NCBI GenBank assembly: GCA_963796675.1
Contig: CAWCMS010000020.1
Location: 630,540-694,539, forward strand
Source of the DNA: Terriglobia bacterium
Lineage (GTDB): Bacteria > Acidobacteriota > Terriglobia > Bryobacterales > Bryobacteraceae
Length of the DNA stretch: 64,000 nt
Direction of reading: 5' to 3'
A model generated the notes under the pieces. The model saw only the letters and a program-made list of their open reading frames with translations, was not told the DNA's origin and made no database searches. This document shows positions 1-10,813 of the stretch, one piece after another; positions within the stretch are counted from its first letter, which is position 1; each line of letters begins with the position of its first letter. The position numbers and the translations under genes were made by a program.

Positions 1-1053
1 CAGGTCGAAGCGGAAACCGTCCACGTGCATGTCCTGAATCCAGTAGCGCAGGCTGTCCATGATCAGCTTCAGCACTTGCGGATGCCGCACATTGAGCGTA
101 TTGCCGGTGCCCGTGTAGTCCGTGTAGTAGCGCGGCTGGTCGTCCTTCAGGCGGTAGTAGGTGGCGTTATCGATGCCGCGGAAGCTGAGCGTGGGCCCCA
201 TCTGGTTGCCTTCGGCCGTATGGTTGTACACGACGTCGAGAATCACTTCGATCCCCGCGCGGTGCAGTGCCTTCACCATGGCCTTAAATTCGCCGATCTG
301 CTCCCCGCGGTCGCCCGAAGCGCTGTAACGCGATTCCGGCGAGAAGAAATTGATCGAGTTATATCCCCAGTAATTCCGCAAGCCTCGATCCAGCAGAAAC
401 TTGTCGTCGATGAATTCGTGCACCGGCATCAGCTCGACGGCGGAGATTCCCAGCTTTTTCAAATACTCCACCGCCACCGGATGCGCGAGCCCCGCGTACG
501 TGCCGCGCAGCTCCTGCGGAATTTCCGGGTGCTGTGCCGTGAAGCCCTTCACGTGCATCTCGTAGACGATCGTGTCGTTGAGCGGCGTCATCGGCGGACG
601 GTCGTTCTCCCAATCGAAATGCGACGTGGTAACCACGCTCTTGGGCACCCCCCAGAAGTCTTCATTCGAATCGCAGGAGAGGTCCTCGTCCTTGGAGTCG
701 AGCTGATAGCCGAACACCGGGGCTTTCCAGTTCAGCTCCCCGGCCACCGCCTTGGCGTACGGATCAATCAGCAGCTTCGCCGGATTGAAGCGCTCCCCGT
801 GCTCTGGATCATAGGGCCCATGAACCTTGTAACCGTACAGTTGCCCGAGTTTGATCGCCGGAAGGTAGCAGTGCCACACGTGCCCCGTCGATTCGCGCAC
901 CGCTACCGTCTCGAACTCCTTGGCATCCACGTCGTCGAAGAGGCAGAGCTCCACCCCGTCGGCCCTCTCGGAGTAGAGCGCGAAATTCACGCCCGTTCCG
1001 TCCCAAGTGGCGCCTTGCGGATAGGGCTTACCAGGCAAGATTGTCCGAGCCAT
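1..1053 (-). CDS. glgX: Glycogen debranching enzyme (GH13, GlgX type), N-terminal 351 codons; the 3' end runs off the window
   Basis: Minus-strand ORF open to the window edge, so it is absent from the supplied track. ATG at 1053-1051. My translation reads MARTILPGKPYPQGATWDGTGVNFALYSE...VILDVVYNHTAEG...LIMDSLRYWIQDMHVDGFRFDL, which includes GH13 conserved regions I and II. The 1053 nt are exactly in frame with position 1. Confidence 0.85.
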   Translation of the reverse strand, partial: MARTILPGKPYPQGATWDGTGVNFALYSERADGVELCLFDDVDAKEFETVAVRESTGHVWHCYLPAIKLGQLYGYKVHGPYDPEHGERFNPAKLLIDPYAKAVAGELNWKAPVFGYQLDSKDEDLSCDSNEDFWGVPKSVVTTSHFDWENDRPPMTPLNDTIVYEMHVKGFTAQHPEIPQELRGTYAGLAHPVAVEYLKKLGISAVELMPVHEFIDDKFLLDRGLRNYWGYNSINFFSPESRYSASGDRGEQIGEFKAMVKALHRAGIEVILDVVYNHTAEGNQMGPTLSFRGIDNATYYRLKDDQPRYYTDYTGTGNTLNVRHPQVLKLIMDSLRYWIQDMHVDGFRFDL

Positions 1054-1181
1054 TGCTCCCGATGCTACGGCCTAGCACGCCGAATTCCAAGAGCGAAAGG
1101 TGAGGAAGCTCGCAGTATGCGGAGGAGTGGATGGATGGGAGGTGTGCCCGCTAACGATCGAAGTCCTAAACGCAACTCGCT

Positions 1182-1227
1182 CCCTGAAGGCCGGGCTCTG
1201 TGAAAAACAGAGACGCGGCCGTCAGGG
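1182..1227 (-). terminator. Imperfect GC-rich hairpin downstream of the glutamine synthetase stop
   Basis: Plus strand reads CCCTGA-AGGCCGGGCTCTG-TGAAAAA-CAGAGACGCGGCCG-TCAGGG. The outer and inner arms pair, and the loop on the minus strand is TTTTTCA. There is no clean U-tract after it. Confidence 0.3.
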
Positions 1228-1251
1228 AGCGCGTGCGAAAGCGAGAGAAAC

Positions 1252-2679
1252 CTAGAACTGGTTCCAGAGGTACTGATTGTAAACCGCGTGGTGGAACTGC
1301 ACTTCCGGCGACTTCACGATGGTTCCCAGCAGGCGCGGGCAGCGATCGGCCGCGGCTTGCTTCAGGTCGGCATACCGGCCCTTCACGTCTTCGCCCAGCA
1401 GCTTCGTGATCCATTCCGCCGAGCGGTAGTTCGCCATGGCGTCGTAGATGTTGTCCGGCAGGTAGCGCTCGGCCGCGCGCAGGTTTTTGATCTTGGCGAT
1501 CTCGCCTTCGAGGCCGGTCTTAAACACGGACAGCAGCACCAGGTACGGATTCGCATCCGGCCCCACCGAGCGCACCTCCACCCGCATGCTCCGCTCGTTG
1601 CCGATCGGGATGCGAACCATCGAGCCGCGGTCCACTGCCGAGGCCTTGAGCTGGTTCGGCGCTTCGAAGTGCGGATCGAGCCGGCGGTAGGCATTGACGC
1701 TGGCGTTCAGCAGCAGGCAGAGGTCGTTGCCGTGCGTCAGGATTCGGTCCACGAACTGCCAGCCGAATTTGCTCAGCTTCTCCTCGCCGTTCGGATCCCA
1801 GAACAGGTTCTTGCTGTTCTTGCTGATCGAAACGTTGGTGTGCATCCCGCTGCCGTTGACTCCCACCACGGGCTTCGGCAGGAAGCTCGCGGTCAGCCCC
1901 ATCTTGGTCGCCACCTGGCGGCAGATCAGCTTGTAGAGCTGAATCTGGTCGGCGGCGGTGACCACATCGGCGTAGCTGTAGTTGATTTCGAACTGCGACG
2001 GCGCCACTTCCGGATGGTCCTTCTCGTTCTGGAAGCCCATGGCGCGCTGCACTTCGGCGGTGGTATCGATGAACAGCCGCAGGGGATCGCCGGGAAGCGA
2101 GTGGTAGTAGCCGCCCGTGCTGACGTACTCGAACTTACCAGTCTCGTGATAGCGGTGCTCCGCATCCGGACCGTTGAACAGGAAGCCCTCGATCTCGTTC
2201 GCGGCATTCAGCGTGTAGCCTTTGGCCTCGAACAGTTGCTGGGCGTACCCCTTCAGGACGCCGCGGATATCGGCGGAGTACGGTGTGCCGTCTTTGTCGA
2301 TGACTTCACCGAACACCAGCACCTTGCCCGCGCCGAAGACATCGGCGGGAGCCCAGTAGAACGAGCCCCAATCCATGTGCAGCCGAAGGTCGCTCTCGCG
2401 TTGCGCGGTGAATCCCCGGATCGAGGAGCCGTCGAAGGTCAGGTTGTCGTAGCTCTTGACCAGGAACTTCTTGTCATAGTCGAGCATGTGCAGCCGGCCT
2501 TCCAGGTCGCTGAATAGAACCGTGACAGCTTTAATCCGCTTCTCATCGCTCAGGTACTTCAGCCGCTCTTCCTGAATCTGGCCGAGAGGAACACGGTTTT
2601 TCCGCTCCTCCTTCGCCTGGAGATTCAAGTCCTCCAGCTCTGAATAAGAAAGACGTAAAAAATCTTGCAAGTCGTTCAA
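1252..2679 (-). CDS. glnA: Glutamine synthetase (type I-like, beta-grasp + catalytic domain)
   Basis: Track ORF 1252..2787. Motifs seen: VTVLFSDLEGRLHMLDYD (beta-grasp), HPEVAPSQFEINY, VNGSGMHTNVS, NAYRRL and RIP..ERSMRVEVR. The start is uncertain. I prefer the TTG at 2679, which has AGGAG 8 nt upstream, over the TTG at 2787, which has no SD. Confidence 0.85.
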   Translation of the reverse strand: MNDLQDFLRLSYSELEDLNLQAKEERKNRVPLGQIQEERLKYLSDEKRIKAVTVLFSDLEGRLHMLDYDKKFLVKSYDNLTFDGSSIRGFTAQRESDLRLHMDWGSFYWAPADVFGAGKVLVFGEVIDKDGTPYSADIRGVLKGYAQQLFEAKGYTLNAANEIEGFLFNGPDAEHRYHETGKFEYVSTGGYYHSLPGDPLRLFIDTTAEVQRAMGFQNEKDHPEVAPSQFEINYSYADVVTAADQIQLYKLICRQVATKMGLTASFLPKPVVGVNGSGMHTNVSISKNSKNLFWDPNGEEKLSKFGWQFVDRILTHGNDLCLLLNASVNAYRRLDPHFEAPNQLKASAVDRGSMVRIPIGNERSMRVEVRSVGPDANPYLVLLSVFKTGLEGEIAKIKNLRAAERYLPDNIYDAMANYRSAEWITKLLGEDVKGRYADLKQAAADRCPRLLGTIVKSPEVQFHHAVYNQYLWNQF

Positions 2680-2850
2680 GTTCGCATCTCCTGAAATGTC
2701 TTGGGCGGAAGATACCGGGGAACCCGGCAGACGGCGTTTCCGCGGACGGTCACTACCATTGTCAATGGCGGAATGTATAAGAGGCAACGATTTTGTTTAT
2801 AGATTGTCTTTATGAGGGGACTTTGAGAAATTGATAGGAATTCCGAAATG

Positions 2851-3804
2851 CTACTTCCGGTCCGGGGGAGCGCTGGCTAACTGGATCATCACCGCCAGCA
2901 CCTTCTGCCGCTGCTCCGGAGTCACCGTCAGGTAACGATGCAGGCCCTTGGGCGATTCCGCGAAGTGCGTGATCGCGGCGTCATCCACCGAGATCGTCCC
3001 CGGCGCCGACAACCCGAAGTATCCCGCATCCGGGCGGATGGCATAGAGGGTCGCGGTCGGATCCCAGGTCGGACGGTCGTAGGGCATCTTCATGTAGGCG
3101 CGGTAGGCGTCCACCACCGGATGGTGCGGAACGTAGCTGAAATCGTGCTCGATGCTCGACGCCGGATACTTGATCGAGTCGCCGACCTCCCAGCCGCTGG
3201 CCACGATCGGCGTCGGCCAGCCCGCGAACAGTTCCTTCGCGGACGCAAGGTCCGAGTAAATGTTGAACTCTTTCTTGCCGCTGGGGTACCAGCCCGCCAT
3301 CACCGAGAGCAGTTTCACTTTGCGCGCGATCAGCGCCCGGTCGGTGCGCAGCAGCCGTGCCAGGTTGGTGCTGAAGCCCACCTGCACGATTACCACCGAG
3401 TGGTCTTTCTCTTTGCTGAGAACCTTCCGCAGCAGCGCCACCGCATCCTGCGCGTCGCGCTGATCCTTCAGCTTGTGCGGGTAGTAACCGGATTCCACCG
3501 GCAACTGGATCATCGGGGCGTCCTTGCCCGGCGGATTGCCCGGCGGTAGAACACCGATCGGAATCTGCGGGCGCCCGTAGAACGTGTCGACCGCGTCGAT
3601 ATAGGGCGCGGCGAAGTGGCAGTCCTTCGTGATGGTCACCGCCAGCAACTGAACTTCGCCCAGGCTTTCCAGCCGGTGAATCATGGCCAGCGCCAGTGCG
3701 TCGTCGACGTCGTTGCCGATATCCGTGTCGAAGATCAGCCGTACCGGCCGGGCCGCGAATGCCGTGCCGCAACAGAGAGCCGCGAGTAGCGCCAGTCGCC
3801 GCAT
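2851..3804 (-). CDS. Inosine-uridine-preferring nucleoside hydrolase family protein with an N-terminal signal peptide
   Basis: Begins MRRLALLAALCCGTAFAARP, followed by LIFDTDIGNDVDDALALAM (the DxDxxxDD Ca/ribose-binding motif). I chose the start at 3804 because the longer track ORF (to 3849) would overlap atpC. The start lies 5 nt after the atpC stop. Confidence 0.8.
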   Translation of the reverse strand: MRRLALLAALCCGTAFAARPVRLIFDTDIGNDVDDALALAMIHRLESLGEVQLLAVTITKDCHFAAPYIDAVDTFYGRPQIPIGVLPPGNPPGKDAPMIQLPVESGYYPHKLKDQRDAQDAVALLRKVLSKEKDHSVVIVQVGFSTNLARLLRTDRALIARKVKLLSVMAGWYPSGKKEFNIYSDLASAKELFAGWPTPIVASGWEVGDSIKYPASSIEHDFSYVPHHPVVDAYRAYMKMPYDRPTWDPTATLYAIRPDAGYFGLSAPGTISVDDAAITHFAESPKGLHRYLTVTPEQRQKVLAVMIQLASAPPDRK

Positions 3805-3809
3805 GGTAC

Positions 3810-4214
3810 CTACTTTCGCTCCGCCGCCTGCACGCGAGCCTGTGCCCACGCCAGCGCTTCGAGTGCAATCGCCGGATCGACCCCTACGGAAGGATTCACG
3901 CTCTCTTCGCTCGCCCGCTTCAGCTCGTCGCGAGCGTGCTGCAGGTCGATCTCCTCGGCGCGCTCGGCCGCATTCGCCAATACGCGCACGTGGTCCGGCA
4001 ATACCTCGACGAAGCCGCCCCGCACGGAAAGGAATCGCGTGCGGCCTCCCGCGGAGTAGCTCAGGAACCCCGTGCCGAGCTGTCCCAACAGGGCGGCGTG
4101 GCCGGGAAGAATCCCCATGTAGCCATCCTTACCGGGCAACTGCACGTCATCCACGGACTCACGGACCAGCAGCCGCTCCGGAGTGGCCACCTCGAGTTGC
4201 AGCATCTCGGGCAT
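3810..4214 (-). CDS. atpC: F1 ATP synthase epsilon subunit
   Basis: 134 aa, MPEMLQLEVATPERLL...LPGKDGYMGILPGHAALL. Its position immediately after atpD fits the call. Confidence 0.9.
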   Translation of the reverse strand: MPEMLQLEVATPERLLVRESVDDVQLPGKDGYMGILPGHAALLGQLGTGFLSYSAGGRTRFLSVRGGFVEVLPDHVRVLANAAERAEEIDLQHARDELKRASEESVNPSVGVDPAIALEALAWAQARVQAAERK

Positions 4215-4218
4215 CGGC

Positions 4219-8065
<3,847 letters not shown>

Positions 8066-8081
8066 AATTCCTCGTTACCTG

Positions 8082-8636
8082 TCAGGCCTCTGCGCTCAGG
8101 CGGCGTTCCAGCGATTCGAGCTGGCCGCGCACCGAGCCGTCATAAACCTTGGATCCGATCCGCGCCATTACCCCGCCGATCAACGACTGGTCGACCGCGT
8201 ACCGCGCACGAATCCGCTTGCCGGTTAGCCGTTCGAGAGCCGCAGTCAACGCGGCGCGCTGCGGCTCGGTCAGTTCCCGCGGCGACTGTACCTGGGCGCG
8301 GGCATACCCCATCCGCTCGTCGACGATTTCCTCGAACGTGGCCAGAATTTCCGGCACCAGCGGGATGCGGCGGTGATCCAGAAGCACGAACAGAAAATTG
8401 CGCAGAATCCGCGAAACCTTCAGCAATTCGCCGATACGCCCGATCACTGCCCGTTTCCGGCCGATGGGAACCGCCGGAGTCATCAGCACTTCGCGCAGGT
8501 CCGTAGAGGTTTTCAAAGCGTCTTCGAAAGCACGCAATTCCGCCACGGCCGTCTCGGCGGAGAGTCCCGACCCGGCTTGCGTCACGACGTCCGCAAGGGC
8601 ATTCGCGTACCGTGCAGCTACTGCTGAAAGTGTCAT
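8082..8636 (-). CDS. atpH: F1 ATP synthase delta (OSCP) subunit
   Basis: 184 aa, starting [10 protein letters not shown] and ending ...[25 protein letters not shown]. Confidence 0.9.
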   Translation of the reverse strand: MTLSAVAARYANALADVVTQAGSGLSAETAVAELRAFEDALKTSTDLREVLMTPAVPIGRKRAVIGRIGELLKVSRILRNFLFVLLDHRRIPLVPEILATFEEIVDERMGYARAQVQSPRELTEPQRAALTAALERLTGKRIRARYAVDQSLIGGVMARIGSKVYDGSVRGQLESLERRLSAEA

Positions 8637-8642
8637 GTTGTT

Positions 8643-9260
8643 CTAGTTGCCCGGCGTGGCCGGCGCCGGCATGTCCACTCTGCGGACAAAACTCCCGACC
8701 AGCTTTTCCTGGGCTTCATCGGACATGCGGGCGCGGATCTTCTGCCCCGCCAGATCCACGGCCAAGGCCGCGGCGTGGCGCTTCAATTCGAGGCGGGCCG
8801 CCCTCCCGGCCGCATCGATTTCCTGCTCCGCATCCGCTTGAATCCTGGCCATGTCGGTCTCGATCAGGGCCGACAGCCGTTCGGTCTCCGCCGCGGCTTC
8901 ACGCTGCGATTCGGCGCGCAGCGCGGCGATCTCGTTTTCCAGGTTGGCGAGCCGCTTTTCGATTTCCGCGGTGCGCGCTTCGGCGTCCTTCCGCAGGTCT
9001 TCGGCCTCGATCAGGCCCTTCCGGATGATGCGGGTCCGTCCCTCGTAGAAAGGTCCCGCATTCTTGTAGATGAGGTAGCCCAGACCCGCTGCCAGCAGGA
9101 GGAAGTTCGCCCACATCCAGATCAGAGTGGAACCGTGCTCCTCGGCACCAGGAGATTCCCCGTGGACCTGCGCGGCGGCCGTGCCCTTTTCCTGCGCCCG
9201 AAGCACCGGCGAAGTCGCGGCAAGCCCGCAGCAGAGCGCCGCGATCGCCAGAGCTCTCAT
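8643..9260 (-). CDS. atpF: Fo ATP synthase b subunit with an extra signal-peptide-like N-terminal segment
   Basis: 205 aa. The order is MRALAIAALCCGLAATSPVLRAQ, then a His/Glu-rich spacer, then the TM helix IWMWANFLLLAAGLGYLIY, then a long charged coiled-coil. Confidence 0.85.
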   Translation of the reverse strand: MRALAIAALCCGLAATSPVLRAQEKGTAAAQVHGESPGAEEHGSTLIWMWANFLLLAAGLGYLIYKNAGPFYEGRTRIIRKGLIEAEDLRKDAEARTAEIEKRLANLENEIAALRAESQREAAAETERLSALIETDMARIQADAEQEIDAAGRAARLELKRHAAALAVDLAGQKIRARMSDEAQEKLVGSFVRRVDMPAPATPGN

Positions 9261-9706
9261 GCCGCGCTCTCCCGAAGAATAGAATGTGCGATCGCCTCGG
9301 CCAGCGAGTCGCTCTGGGCCGCCAGTTCGGCTTTGGCCGCCTCGGCGTCCTTTGCAATCAGCTGTTTGGCGTCCTGGACCATGGCGTCTGCGCGCTGGCG
9401 CGCCTCCGTCATTTTCGCGGCGTGTTGCTCTTGCAGCCCTTTATGGAGCCGCTCCTGTGCCTCATAGACCTCGGCACGGGCTGAGCGCATCGCCGCTTCG
9501 TACTCTTCGGTCTTGGCGGCAGCACGCTCCAGGCTGAGCTCGGCTTGCTTACGGGCACCGTCGGTCGCCTCGTAACGCTGGTGCAGAACCTTCTCAAGCG
9601 GCTTAAAAAAGACGCCTTTCAAAAAGAAGTGCAGAAGGACGACCAGAATGAATGTAGGCACCGCTTTCAGCAGTAATTCGCCTAGTTGGTGCAGTATGAC
9701 GTCCAT
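9257..9706 (-). CDS. atpF2: Fo ATP synthase b' subunit
   Basis: 149 aa with one TM helix (AVPTFILVVLLHFFL) followed by an A/E/K/Q-rich coiled-coil. Its stop overlaps the atpF start (ATGA). Confidence 0.8.
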   Translation of the reverse strand: MDVILHQLGELLLKAVPTFILVVLLHFFLKGVFFKPLEKVLHQRYEATDGARKQAELSLERAAAKTEEYEAAMRSARAEVYEAQERLHKGLQEQHAAKMTEARQRADAMVQDAKQLIAKDAEAAKAELAAQSDSLAEAIAHSILRESAA

Positions 9707-9791
9707 GAGATTTCGAACGGAGAGACCAGTGGAAGCCCTTTAAGGAGAATAGAGTAGCATTCCCAGAAATAGGTAGTCAACCGAGGGGGCA

Positions 9792-9818
9792 GGGACCACC
9801 ACCGTCCGGGGTGGTCCC
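9792..9818 (-). terminator. Hairpin that closes the unknown four-gene operon and separates it from the atp operon
   Basis: GGGACCACC-accgtccgg-GGTGGTCCC, a perfect 9-bp stem, about 45 nt after the stop at 9861. No strong U-tract. Confidence 0.45.
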
Positions 9819-9860
9819 GATCGACCGCAGAACTCCTGAAGTGTCTTTCCTTGCCTCCTT

Positions 9861-10796
9861 TCAGGCGGCCTGTCCCTTGGCCATTGCTGGAACAAGATTG
9901 AGCGAGCGCCTCGTCTCCGGCCCGGCTCCGTTCTCGGTGATTCCCGCTGATTGCTGCCATTTCTTGACCAGCGCATCCGTGAATGGGCCGTAAACGCCGT
10001 CCGCCGTGCTTTCCAGGCCCTTGGCGGCGAGGGCGCGTTGCAGTGCCGCCACGTCTTCGCCGCGGAGGTAGGGTGTGGTGAGTCGTAGCGTCCTTGCGGA
10101 ATCGCCGGGCGCCGGCGTGTCACCGCCCGCCAGCGCTTCTTCCGTGATCAGGACACCATGGACGCGAAATGGCAGCGTGAGGTCGAAGTTGCCGGCGTCG
10201 ATCAGTGTCTTGAAGGAGTCCATCCGGTAGACCGTGGCGGGGACGGGAGGCTGGCGGCTGGCCAGCCAATCGCGCCGCATCTGCACATATTGTGCGACCC
10301 AATCCTTTTCGCCCCGGGCTGCGACCTTGCCGATCCGCGCCGCCAGCGTCCCCCACCCGCCCTGAACATGGCTGTCATAAACCACGGTTTGGCCGAGCGC
10401 GGTAGTCACACCGAAGGCTTCCGCGTCGCTGCAGGCAGGCCCGAGGAAGGTCTGATTGAAGTACAGATCCTGTGTCGCCTGCATGACGGGGTCTTCCTTC
10501 GCCGCCTTCACCAGTAGGGCTTTTACGTCGGAATCGGTATCGAGCGTAGTGTCCCGCTCCTCGAAGCGATGCAAGAGAGGCTTCAAGTCCGGAGCGAAGA
10601 GTGCACCCGGCTGGGAACAATACAGGTCCAGCAGTTTGAACAGATTGCCGCTGCCCAGGCTGACCTGGCTGCGTCCATACGAGAGATGGCCGCTGTCGCC
10701 TTTGATTACCGTAACGGCGCCGTAGTCGCCTCGGACCTTGCCGGTCTCAAATACGTTGACCACGGCCCGGCACGCCTGTTTTTGTAACGAGTTCAC
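9861..10796 (-). CDS. GH46 (chitosanase/lysozyme-fold) hydrolase fused to a C-terminal PG_binding_1 domain, with no signal peptide
   Basis: GTG start at 10796 with GAGGA 8 nt upstream; the longer track ORF (to 10910) overlaps the upstream gene. From memory of the Streptomyces N174 chitosanase, three segments align. VVNVFETGKVRGDYGAVTVIKGDSGHLSYGRSQVSLGSGNLFKLLDLY matches VSSAENSS..YIEDIGDGRGYTGGIIGFCSGTGDMLELVQHY, and the catalytic Glu and Asp are conserved. ATQDLYFNQTFLGPA matches AQNDERDRVYFDPA, and AGNFDLTLP matches AGNLDLNPP. The C-terminus LRGEDVAALQRALAAKGL..DGVYGPFTDALVKKWQQSAGI is a classic peptidoglycan-binding repeat. Confidence 0.75.
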   Translation of the reverse strand: MNSLQKQACRAVVNVFETGKVRGDYGAVTVIKGDSGHLSYGRSQVSLGSGNLFKLLDLYCSQPGALFAPDLKPLLHRFEERDTTLDTDSDVKALLVKAAKEDPVMQATQDLYFNQTFLGPACSDAEAFGVTTALGQTVVYDSHVQGGWGTLAARIGKVAARGEKDWVAQYVQMRRDWLASRQPPVPATVYRMDSFKTLIDAGNFDLTLPFRVHGVLITEEALAGGDTPAPGDSARTLRLTTPYLRGEDVAALQRALAAKGLESTADGVYGPFTDALVKKWQQSAGITENGAGPETRRSLNLVPAMAKGQAA

Positions 10797-10813
10797 TTCG
10801 ATATCCTCGCTTT

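Noticed and set aside
25-1203. 392-aa plus-strand ORF at the left edge
   Set aside because: It is the antisense shadow of glgX. The minus strand gives an uninterrupted GH13 sequence with canonical motifs, whereas this frame is Arg/Val/His-rich with no motif.
9707-9860. Absence of atpB/atpE read as a deletion or rearrangement caused by insertion of the unknown operon
   Set aside because: Split atp operons are common, and there are no repeat scars, tRNA or integrase at the junction. The idea cannot be supported from this window.
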